The position numbers were made by a program, and so were the translations under genes. Of a stretch of DNA of 32,000 nucleotides, positions 18,407-25,958 are shown piece after piece. The notes below the pieces were generated by a model, which saw only the letters and a list, made by a program, of their open reading frames with translations, did not search any database and was not told the origin of the DNA. Numbering within the stretch: position 1 is the stretch's first letter; the number at the start of each line of letters is the position of its first letter. This DNA comes from Phycisphaera mikurensis NBRC 102666 (GTDB lineage Bacteria > Planctomycetota > Phycisphaerae > Phycisphaerales > Phycisphaeraceae): assembly GCF_000284115.1 (NCBI RefSeq), contig NC_017080.1, positions 210,001 through 242,000 of the forward strand, in the 5' to 3' direction.

Positions 18407-18807
18407 GGGGGGAAACTCCAGGGTCGGGGAACGAGGAAACGGGACGCGACGGGCTGCGCAAGCAGGCGACCTTCCGCCGCGGGGATCCGCTGGGCGTGGC
18501 CGTCCCCCGCGGTGACGGGTGCGGGGCGTGCGGACTCTAACCCGATGCCCCGCCGCCGGGCCGCCGGGCCGCCGCCCCGCGAACCGACACGGGGCGACCG
18601 CCGCCCGCCCCGGCCCCGCGTTGCAGCGCCCACACCGCCGCTTGTGTGAGGATTGCGCAAGAAGTGGGCGAAATTTTTGAGGACGACCTTCCGACGGGAC
18701 GGAAGATCCGCTACGCTTGGCGGGAAATTCCCTCCGCTCCAACCCGCAGCCGCACCGTGCGGCGCGGGTTCTGTGATGCGGACCATCCGCCACACCCGGA
18801 GAATCTG

Positions 18808-19533
18808 ATGCTGAAGCCGTCCACCACCGCCCTCCTCGCCGCCTCGGCCCTGCTCGCCGCGCCCGGCGCCTCCGCCGCAACGCTGGTGAGCTACGCCACG
18901 TTTCCCTACGACCCGGCAGACTCGGGCGAGCGTGTTTCCGTGGCGGCCGACGTCACCGAAGCCGGGATCACGGGCTTCGACCTGACCCGCAACGGCGGTC
19001 TGGTCGACGTACCCACGCGCAACGCTTTCAACTCGAGCGGTTGGGCCAGCAACGACCCCGGCTCCCCCACCGTGCTCAACAACGACGCCTTCGTCCAGCT
19101 GGGCTTCAGCGTGGACCCGGGGTTCACCGTGGTCCTCGATGACCTCATCATCGGCACCGACTCGTCCACGAGCGGCCCCAGTCTCATCGGTGTTTACACG
19201 TCGGCCGACGGCTTCGCCGCCCCGATCGGCACCATCGCAGAGGACGGCAACTTCAGCAACACGACGCTCGACCTCTCCTCGATCGGTGAGATCAGCGGCG
19301 ACTTCTTCGTGCGTTTCTACAACGACGGCGGCGTCACGCCCGCCGCGCCGTCGGTTCCGGGCGAAGAAGACATGGCCAACACGAGCACGTGGCGTGTGGT
19401 CAGCTTCCGCAGTGACGACGGCGTCTTCAGCGACACGCAGATCACCGGCACCGTGGTGCCCGAGCCCGCCAGCCTCGCCCTGGTCGCCCTCGGCGGCACC
19501 GCCCTGCTCGCCCGCCGGCGTCGCCAGGCCTGA
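18808..19533 (+). CDS. PEP-CTERM sorting-domain protein (secreted, unknown function)
   Basis: Signal peptide MLKPSTTALLAASALLAAPGASA. The C-terminus VPEPASLALVALGGTALLARRRRQA is the PEP-CTERM motif plus TM plus basic tail. GGAGA lies upstream of ATG 18808. Confidence 0.8.
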   Translation: MLKPSTTALLAASALLAAPGASAATLVSYATFPYDPADSGERVSVAADVTEAGITGFDLTRNGGLVDVPTRNAFNSSGWASNDPGSPTVLNNDAFVQLGFSVDPGFTVVLDDLIIGTDSSTSGPSLIGVYTSADGFAAPIGTIAEDGNFSNTTLDLSSIGEISGDFFVRFYNDGGVTPAAPSVPGEEDMANTSTWRVVSFRSDDGVFSDTQITGTVVPEPASLALVALGGTALLARRRRQA

Positions 19534-19551
19534 GCCGGGCCCCGCACTCCC

Positions 19552-19584
19552 CGCCGCCGCCCCCACCGGGGCGGCGGCGAATTT
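19552..19584 (+). terminator. Intrinsic-terminator-like hairpin after the PEP-CTERM gene
   Basis: A perfect 12-bp GC stem, CGCCGCCGCCCC (19552-19563) with GGGGCGGCGGCG (19568-19579), and a 4-nt loop. It is followed by AATTT. Confidence 0.5.
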
Positions 19585-19642
19585 GGCCGCGCGGCCTTCG
19601 CGTGGCGAAACACCACAAGTTCCCCCCCCCCGAGACGCTGCA

Positions 19643-20635
19643 ATGCCCTCCTCCGGTTCCTCCCGCGCCAAGCACGCCTTCACGCTCATCGAGCTGCTGG
19701 TCGTGATCAGCATCATCGCGCTCCTGATCGGCATCCTGCTGCCGGCGCTGGGCGCCGCGCGTGGCGCGGCGCGCTCTGGCGTCTGCCTCTCCAACATGAA
19801 GCAGTTGGGCGTGGGTCAAGCGAGCTACTCCGCCACGTTCAACGATTGGATCTCCGGACCCAACACCAGCGGCGGCGAGCTGACGAAGCAGAAGGGCGCG
19901 TATACCTTCAGGAATACCGCTTCGGAGCCGACCCAGAACTTCGATTGGATCTCGCCCACGGTCGGAAGCGACATGGGCCTGCCGGGCTCGAGGCGTGACC
20001 GGACCCAGCGGATCTTCGAGAACGAGTTCCGCTGCCCCGAGAACGAAGAGCGGTACACCGGCGTGTTCAGCCCCGGGAGCGACTTCGGCAGCGCCGACAC
20101 CTGGCTGTCGAACAGCTACTCGATCCTTCACTCGTGGACCACGAACTGGGTGAGCAGCAGCTCGGATCCCACGCAGGTGTACATCCCCTTCTTCATGCGA
20201 AACGCTTTCGATGTGGAAGAGGGCTACCGCGGCCGGCTGGATCGGATCACGGACGTCTCCGGCAAGGCTTATGTGACGGAGGGCACGCGCTACTACGACT
20301 ATGGCTCGGGCGAGATGACCTTCAACGGCCGGACCTTTGATGCATTCGGGGGTAACTTCGGCACGGCCGGCCCCGTGATGGCGAGCCTGACCGCGAACGG
20401 CGATCCGTACCGCGGGGCTGTGCCTGGCGCCGATGCAGCGACGATCGAGCAGTCGAAGCGGCTGGCCTACCGGCACAACGGCGACATCAACAGCCTCTTC
20501 TTCGACGGGCACGTCGAGAGCATGAGCATGGAGCAGTCACTCGACGTGAACTACTGGATTCCTTCGGGAGCAACGGTCAAAGACGCCTCGCTGACGCCCG
20601 ACCCGAACGACACGACGGGCCAGGTCATTCGCTGA
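19643..20635 (+). CDS. Prepilin-type N-terminal cleavage/methylation domain protein, DUF1559 / H-X9-DG family
   Basis: N-terminal FTLIELLVVISIIALLIGILLPAL (type IV pilin-like) and C-terminal HNGDINSLFFDGH (H-X9-DG). This family is expanded in Planctomycetota. Confidence 0.85.
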   Translation: MPSSGSSRAKHAFTLIELLVVISIIALLIGILLPALGAARGAARSGVCLSNMKQLGVGQASYSATFNDWISGPNTSGGELTKQKGAYTFRNTASEPTQNFDWISPTVGSDMGLPGSRRDRTQRIFENEFRCPENEERYTGVFSPGSDFGSADTWLSNSYSILHSWTTNWVSSSSDPTQVYIPFFMRNAFDVEEGYRGRLDRITDVSGKAYVTEGTRYYDYGSGEMTFNGRTFDAFGGNFGTAGPVMASLTANGDPYRGAVPGADAATIEQSKRLAYRHNGDINSLFFDGHVESMSMEQSLDVNYWIPSGATVKDASLTPDPNDTTGQVIR

Positions 20636-20660
20636 GATCCGGTCGCGAGCCTCGCCCACG

Positions 20661-20706
20661 CCGCGGACCGTCGCCGGTTCGCGGCGTTTTCGTGCGCGGT
20701 CCGCGG
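20661..20706. repeat. 46-nt palindromic REP-like element, copy 3
   Basis: ccgcggaccgtcgccggttcgcggcgttttcgtgcgcggtccgcgg, lying 25 nt after the H-X9-DG gene stop. Confidence 0.75.
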
Positions 20707-20732
20707 ATCCGCCGTGTTGCCGGGCCCGCGGT

Positions 20733-20761
20733 TTGCAAGCCGGGGGGTTTCCTGACATGAT
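20733..20761 (+). promoter_or_regulatory. Candidate sigma70-like promoter for rpsU
   Basis: TTGCAA (20733-20738), 17 nt, CATGAT (20756-20761), about 85 nt upstream of the rpsU ATG. This is a pattern match only. Confidence 0.2.
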
Positions 20762-20845
20762 GCCGGCGGCTCCGCCTCCGCGCCTCCGGCGTGGGGGCTG
20801 TCCTGCCCCCGCACGCCCTCCGAGAACCCCGAGAAAACGCCCCGC

Positions 20846-21031
20846 ATGCCCATCCGCATCAAAGCCCGCAACGGTGAATCCGCCGAACAGATGCTCCGTC
20901 GCTTCAAGAAGCTCTGCGAGAAGGAGGGCCTGACCAAGGACGTGAAGAAGCGGGCTTTCTACGAGAAGCCCTCGGAGATCAAGCAGCGGAACGCCCGGCG
21001 GACCCGCCCGGCGTCGTCGCCGCGGGACTGA
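20846..21031 (+). CDS. rpsU: 30S ribosomal protein bS21
   Basis: MPIRIKARNGESAEQMLRRFKKLCEKEGLTKDVKKRAFYEKPSEIKQRNARR is typical S21. Confidence 0.9.
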   Translation: MPIRIKARNGESAEQMLRRFKKLCEKEGLTKDVKKRAFYEKPSEIKQRNARRTRPASSPRD

Positions 21032-21235
21032 GGCCGGCGGCCGGGGAGTTCCGCCACGCGGGCCCCGCCGGGCGGGGCGGCTTTCTGCTGCGCACGGGCG
21101 GATCCGGGGGTGCCCGCGGCGTCGTTCCGGCCGGGCGGGCGAGGCGTGGCCGGCGCGGCGTTCCGGCACGCCCGCGCCATCTGCGGCATCATCCCCGCAG
21201 CTCACCTCAAGACTCACCGCCGGAATCGACCCTCC

Positions 21236-23851
21236 ATGCCGCTGCTCTTCCTCCTCGCCCCGCTGGGCGCCGCTTTGGCGCTCGTCTTCGCCCACGTGTT
21301 CTACCGCGGCTTCATGCGGACGCCCGAAGGCGATCCGGCGATGGTCCGCGTGGCGGAGGCCGTCCGCCGCGGGGCGTACGCGTACCTGGGCAAGCAGGCG
21401 CGGGTGGTCTACCTGGCGGTGGCGGCGCTGGTGGTGCTGCTCGCGGTGCTGGCGTTTCTGGGGCTGCAGCGGCCGCTGACGCCGGTGGGCGTGGGCGCAG
21501 CGGCGCTGCTCTCGGGGCTCTGCGGCTTCCTGGGGATGAAGACGGCCACCCACGCCTCGGCCCGGACGTGCCACGCGGCGAAGGCGAGCCTCGACGGGGG
21601 GCTCCGCGTCGCCTTCCGGGCGGGGGCGGTCATGGGCCTGTGCGTCACGGGCTTCGCGCTGCTGGACGTCTCGCTGTGGTTCGCGGTGCTCTGGTTCCTC
21701 ACCGACGCGGGCGAGACGCCCGACGGCCTCGTGACGCTGACCACGCTCACGCTCACCTTCGCGGTGGGGGCGAGCCTGCAGGCGCTCTTCGCCCGCGTGG
21801 GCGGCGGCATCTACACCAAGGCCGCCGACGTGGGGGCCGACCTGGTGGGCAAGGTCGAGGCGGGCATCCCCGAGGACGACGCCCGCAACCCCGCGACCAT
21901 CGCCGACAACGTGGGCGACAACGTCGGGGACGTCGCGGGCATGGGGGCGGACCTCTACGAGAGCTACTACGGCAGCATCCTCGCGGCGATGGCGCTCGCG
22001 GCGGCGGCGGCCTTCGGGCTGGGGCTGGAGACGGCCGACGCCGTGAAGCTGGTGGTCGCGGCTCCCGCGCTGGGCGGGCTGGGGATCCTGTGCTCGATCG
22101 CGGCGATCTACGCGGTCAAGGCCCGCGAGGGGGCGGGCTTCGCCGAGCTGCTCAAGAGCCTGCACCGCGGCGTGTACCTCTCCTCAATCGGCATCGCCGC
22201 CCTCTCCGCCGGCCTGCTGTTCGGGCTTCTCGGCGGGATCGAGGGCGTGTCGTGGCACGGGATCTGGATCGCGATCCTGGCGGGCCTGCTCGCCGGGCTC
22301 GTCATCGCCTGGGGCACCGAGCGCTACACCAGCTACGAGCACAAGCCGACGGTGGAGATCGCCCGCAAAGCCGAGACCGGCCCGGCGACGGTGATCATCT
22401 CCGGCGTCGCGACCGGGATGATGTCGACGTGGGTGCCGCTGCTCACGATCGTCGTGGCGATCCTGGTGGCCTTCCACGCGGCCGGCGGCGGCGGCACCGC
22501 CGACGGCTCCTTCCTGCTGGGCGTGTTCGGCGTGGGGCTCGCGGCGGTGGGGATGCTGTCGACGCTGGGAATCACGCTGGCGACCGACGCCTACGGCCCG
22601 ATCGCCGACAACGCCGGCGGCAACGCGGAGATGACCCACCAGGCGCCCGAGGTCCGCGAGCGGACGGACATGCTCGACTCGCTGGGCAACACGACGGCCG
22701 CGACCGGCAAGGGCTTCGCGATCGGCTCGGCGGCGCTCACCGCGCTGGCGCTGCTGGCGGCGTACGTCATCACGGTGCAGGCGCAGCTCACGGCCAGCGT
22801 CTCGCCCGACGCGGGCATCGTCGCCAAGCTGCAGAACCTGCCCGCGGAGATCGTGGACCTGCCCCAGGTCAAGCCGGTGGTCGAGTACCAGGGCGGCGGG
22901 CGGATGGCGGTCTACCTCGGCCGCGACAGCTTCGACGCGGGGCTGCTGCAGGCCGGCGCGGGCGCGGCGGCGGTGCTCGACGACCTGCTCGACGGCCGGC
23001 GGCAGGCCGCGGCCAAGGCGGGGGTGCCGCCGCTGCCGCTGCTGCTCGGCGGCGTGTGGGAGGGCGACGCGGCGTCGGGCTTCCGGCGCTTCCGGCTGCT
23101 CGACGGCGCCGAGGGCATCCCGGGCGTGTCGGGGGCCGTGGTGCCGGCGCAGGTGGCGACGCTGCCGGAGGTGCTCGCCCACTTCGACGTCACGCTGATG
23201 AACCCGCGCGTGCTGTGCGGGCTGTTCCTGGGCGTCATGCTCGTGTTCGTCTTCTGCGCGATGACGATGGAGGCGGTGGGCCGGGCCGCGAAGCAGATGA
23301 TGGAGGAGTGCCGCCGGCAGTTCGCCGAGATGCGGAGCGGCTTCCGGGCCGCGGGCATGAGCGAGGCGGAGCTCGCCGACGTGACGAGGTGGCCCGAGGA
23401 GGTCGAGGTCGGCGGGCACCGCTACCCCGACTACGCGAACTGCGTGGCGATCTCCACCGGCGGCGCCCTCCGCGAGATGGTTGCCCCGTCGCTGCTCGCG
23501 GTGGCCGTGCCGGTCGCCACCGGCCTGGTGCTCGGCGTCGCCGCCGTGATGGGCCTGCTCACCGGGACGCTGGTCTGCGGCTTCGCCGTCGCGATCTTCA
23601 TGGCCAACGCGGGGGGCGCCTGGGACAACGCGAAGAAGTACATCGAGACCGGCGCCCTGGGCGAGGGCCGCGGCAAGGGCAGCGACGAGCACAAGGCCGG
23701 CGTCGTCGGCGACACCGTGGGCGACCCTTTCAAGGACACGAGCGGCCCGAGCCTGAACATCCTGATCAAGCTGGTGAGCGTGGTGTCGGTGGTGTTCGCC
23801 GCGGTGGTGGTGCGGTACGCGCCGGTGGTGGGGGGATGGGTGGGGCTTTGA
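21236..23851 (+). CDS. hppA: Membrane-bound ion-translocating pyrophosphatase (M-PPase), unusually long (871 aa)
   Basis: Signatures GGGIYTKAADVGADLVGKVE, DDARNPATIADNVGDNVGDVAGMGADLYESY, DAYGPIADNAGG, GNTTAATGKGFAIGSAAL, GGAWDNAKKYIE and GDTVGDPFKDTSGPSLNILIKL. Ala in GNTTAA is the residue associated with K+-dependent M-PPases. A large insertion lies at about 22775-23190. Confidence 0.9.
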   Translation: MPLLFLLAPLGAALALVFAHVFYRGFMRTPEGDPAMVRVAEAVRRGAYAYLGKQARVVYLAVAALVVLLAVLAFLGLQRPLTPVGVGAAALLSGLCGFLGMKTATHASARTCHAAKASLDGGLRVAFRAGAVMGLCVTGFALLDVSLWFAVLWFLTDAGETPDGLVTLTTLTLTFAVGASLQALFARVGGGIYTKAADVGADLVGKVEAGIPEDDARNPATIADNVGDNVGDVAGMGADLYESYYGSILAAMALAAAAAFGLGLETADAVKLVVAAPALGGLGILCSIAAIYAVKAREGAGFAELLKSLHRGVYLSSIGIAALSAGLLFGLLGGIEGVSWHGIWIAILAGLLAGLVIAWGTERYTSYEHKPTVEIARKAETGPATVIISGVATGMMSTWVPLLTIVVAILVAFHAAGGGGTADGSFLLGVFGVGLAAVGMLSTLGITLATDAYGPIADNAGGNAEMTHQAPEVRERTDMLDSLGNTTAATGKGFAIGSAALTALALLAAYVITVQAQLTASVSPDAGIVAKLQNLPAEIVDLPQVKPVVEYQGGGRMAVYLGRDSFDAGLLQAGAGAAAVLDDLLDGRRQAAAKAGVPPLPLLLGGVWEGDAASGFRRFRLLDGAEGIPGVSGAVVPAQVATLPEVLAHFDVTLMNPRVLCGLFLGVMLVFVFCAMTMEAVGRAAKQMMEECRRQFAEMRSGFRAAGMSEAELADVTRWPEEVEVGGHRYPDYANCVAISTGGALREMVAPSLLAVAVPVATGLVLGVAAVMGLLTGTLVCGFAVAIFMANAGGAWDNAKKYIETGALGEGRGKGSDEHKAGVVGDTVGDPFKDTSGPSLNILIKLVSVVSVVFAAVVVRYAPVVGGWVGL

Positions 23852-24088
23852 GGGGGGAAGCGAAGAAGCGAAGAAGCGAAGAAGTGGAGAAGCGGAGAAG
23901 AGAAGAGAAGAGGCGGAGGAGTGGAGGAGTGGAGGAGCGAGGAAGTGATGAAGAGGCGGAGAGACGAAGAGAAGGAGGGAGGAAGAGGTGAAGCGAAGAC
24001 GTCAGCAGCGGCCCCGGCCGCGGAGAAGCCAAGAATCGACCGCATCCAGATGCTGACTTCCCCGCTTCTTCGCTTCCCCGCTTCCCCG
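23852..24088 (+). repeat. Octamer-periodic purine array (18 units) plus spacer plus 4 complementary pyrimidine octamers (composite hairpin element, large copy)
   Basis: It starts at the base after the hppA TGA. Positions 23857-24000 are 18 consecutive 8-nt purine-rich units (GAAGCGAA x3 ... GTGGAGGA x2 ... GCGAAGAC). GTCAGCA (24001-24007) and TGCTGAC (24051-24057) are inverted. CTTCCCCG CTTCTTCG CTTCCCCG CTTCCCCG follow at 24057-24088. Confidence 0.8.
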
Positions 24089-24116
24089 CTCTGATCGCCG
24101 GAGGCGATGCCCCCCC

Positions 24117-24539
24117 ATGCTCTACCGCCTCGCCGCCGATGTCGTCCTCGCCGTCCACGTCGGCATCGTCGCGTTCGTGATCCTCGGGCTGCTGCTGACC
24201 GTCGTCGGCGGCGGCGCCGGCTGGTCGTGGGTCCGCAACCGGTGGTTCCGGCTCGCGCACCTGGCGACCATCGGCGTGGTGGTGGTGCAGGCCTTCGTCG
24301 GCGTGGTCTGCCCGTTCACGACGTGGGAGAGCCAGCTACGGGAGGCCGGCGGGCAGACGGGCTACGGCGACCTGTCGTTTGTGGCCTACTGGCTGCGGTC
24401 GGTGCTGTTCTTCGACGGCGAGCCGTGGATGTTCATCCTCGGCTACTCGCTCTTCGGCCTCGCCGTCGTCGCCACGCTCTTCTTCGTCCCGGTGCGGTGG
24501 CGCGGCCGGGCGGACCGCGGATCCGCGGACCGCGGCTGA
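24117..24539 (+). CDS. DUF2784-family small membrane protein
   Basis: 140 aa, several TM helices. RNRWFRLAHLATIGVVVVQAFVGVVCPFTTWE resembles DUF2784. The last ~6 codons and the stop lie inside a 46-nt palindromic element. Confidence 0.7.
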   Translation: MLYRLAADVVLAVHVGIVAFVILGLLLTVVGGGAGWSWVRNRWFRLAHLATIGVVVVQAFVGVVCPFTTWESQLREAGGQTGYGDLSFVAYWLRSVLFFDGEPWMFILGYSLFGLAVVATLFFVPVRWRGRADRGSADRG

Positions 24540-24568
24540 AAGCGGCCGCGGGAGCCCGCGGTCCGCGG
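24523..24568. repeat. 46-nt palindromic REP-like element, copy 4
   Basis: ccgcggaccgcggctgaaagcggccgcgggagcccgcggtccgcgg. The outer arms are perfect over 13 nt. The TGA of DUF2784 (24537-24539) sits in the loop. Confidence 0.8.
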
Positions 24569-24597
24569 GGGCTCCGGCCGGCTCCTACGCTTTGGCC

Positions 24598-25527
24598 ATG
24601 ACGCGTCCCGCCTACGACAGCATCCTCGACACGATCGGTGACACCCCGCTGGTGAAGCTGCGGCGCACGGGGCCCGGGGGCGGCGGCTCGATCCACGTGA
24701 AGTGCGAGTTCTTCAACCCGCTCTCCAGCGTCAAGGACCGCATCGGCCGGGCGATGATCGAGGCGGGCGAGAAGGCCGGCCGCGTGAACAAGGACACCCA
24801 CATCATCGAGCCGACGTCGGGCAACACGGGCATCGCGCTCGCCTTCGTCTGCGCGGCAAAGGGCTACAAGCTCACGCTGACGATGCCCGACTCGATGTCG
24901 GTGGAGCGGCGGGCGCTGCTGCGGATGCTCGGCGCCGAGCTGGTGCTCACCGAGGGCGCCAAGGGCATGAGCGGCGCCATCGCCAAGGCCGCCGAGCTGG
25001 TCGGCACCAGCGACAACGCGTGGATGCCCCAGCAGTTCGAGAACCCCGCGAACCCGCAGGCGCACTACGAGACGACCGGCCCGGAGATCTGGGAAGCCAC
25101 CGGGGGCAAGGTCACGCACCTCGTGCACGGCGTGGGCACCGGCGGCTGCCTCTCGGGCGCCGGGCAGTACCTCAAGGAGCAGAACCCCGATGTCAAGGTG
25201 ATCGCGGTGGAGCCGACCGACTCGCCGGTGATCTCCGGCGGCGAGCCCGGCCCCCACAAGATCCAGGGCATCGGCGCGGGCTTCATCCCCAAGAACCTCA
25301 ACAAGGAGATCCTCGACGGCGTCGAGCAGGTCACCAACGACGAGGCGTTCGCCTGGGCGCGGAAGATCTCCGAGCACGAGGGCGTCCTCGGCGGCATCTC
25401 CACCGGGGCCAACGTGTGCGCGAGCGTCCGGATCGCGGAGAAGGACCCCGCGGCGCACATCGTCACCATCGGCTGCAGCTTCGGCGAGCGGTACCTGTCG
25501 ACCCCGCTCTTCGACGGCCTGCGGTGA
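24598..25527 (+). CDS. cysK: Cysteine synthase A (O-acetylserine sulfhydrylase)
   Basis: PLP-lysine motif NPLSSVKDR, TSGNTGIALA, GVGTGGCLSG, and full-length similarity to CysK. 309 aa. Confidence 0.9.
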   Translation: MTRPAYDSILDTIGDTPLVKLRRTGPGGGGSIHVKCEFFNPLSSVKDRIGRAMIEAGEKAGRVNKDTHIIEPTSGNTGIALAFVCAAKGYKLTLTMPDSMSVERRALLRMLGAELVLTEGAKGMSGAIAKAAELVGTSDNAWMPQQFENPANPQAHYETTGPEIWEATGGKVTHLVHGVGTGGCLSGAGQYLKEQNPDVKVIAVEPTDSPVISGGEPGPHKIQGIGAGFIPKNLNKEILDGVEQVTNDEAFAWARKISEHEGVLGGISTGANVCASVRIAEKDPAAHIVTIGCSFGERYLSTPLFDGLR

Positions 25528-25934
25528 GCGCTGCCCCGGCGTGGGTGATCCGGGTCGTTCGCTCCTGCTGGTGCTTCCCCAGCACGCTGCCCGGCCTGGC
25601 GGTCGCCGTGCTCAACCCGCTCTTCGGCGGGACGACCGCCGCGCACACCGGCGTCGTCGAGAGCCACGGCGGGCTCGCGGCGTGGTTGCTCCGGCACGCG
25701 ACGCTGCTCCGCGGTGGCGCGCTGGCCATCACGCTCGGAGAGGTCGTGCTCGGGCGGACGGCGGCGGCGCTGGACCTCACCCGGGCCCACGAGCGGGTGC
25801 ACGTCGCACAGGCCCGCCGGTGGGGCCCGCTCTTCTACCCGGCGTACGGGCTCGCGACGGTCGCCGCCTGGCGCCGCGGCGCGTGCCCGTACCGCGGCAA
25901 CCGCTTCGAGGTCGAGGCCCACGCCGCCGCGTAG
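25524..25934 (+). CDS. Conserved hypothetical small protein with HExxH motif
   Basis: The GTG start overlaps the cysK TGA (GTGA). Codon position 3 is strongly G/C. It contains AHERVHVAQARRWGPLFYPAY (HExxH). I recognise the general pattern from uncharacterised proteobacterial proteins, not a named family. Confidence 0.6.
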   Translation: MSAAPAWVIRVVRSCWCFPSTLPGLAVAVLNPLFGGTTAAHTGVVESHGGLAAWLLRHATLLRGGALAITLGEVVLGRTAAALDLTRAHERVHVAQARRWGPLFYPAYGLATVAAWRRGACPYRGNRFEVEAHAAA

Positions 25935-25958
25935 CGGGTGCCGCGGGAAGCGACGCGG

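Noticed and set aside
21032-21235. Terminator after rpsU (CCGCC...GGCGG followed by CTTTCTGCTG), and other 4-5 bp GC hairpins (for example 4593-4610)
   Set aside because: The stems are too short or the loops sterically impossible. In this composition such hairpins arise by chance.
23857-24000. CRISPR array or coding Glu/Lys/Arg-rich repeat as an explanation for the purine array
   Set aside because: The 8-nt period has no spacers and no cas genes, so it is not a CRISPR array. Eight is not a multiple of three, and the tract begins immediately after a bona fide stop codon, so it is not coding. The KKRRSEE-type translation is an artefact.
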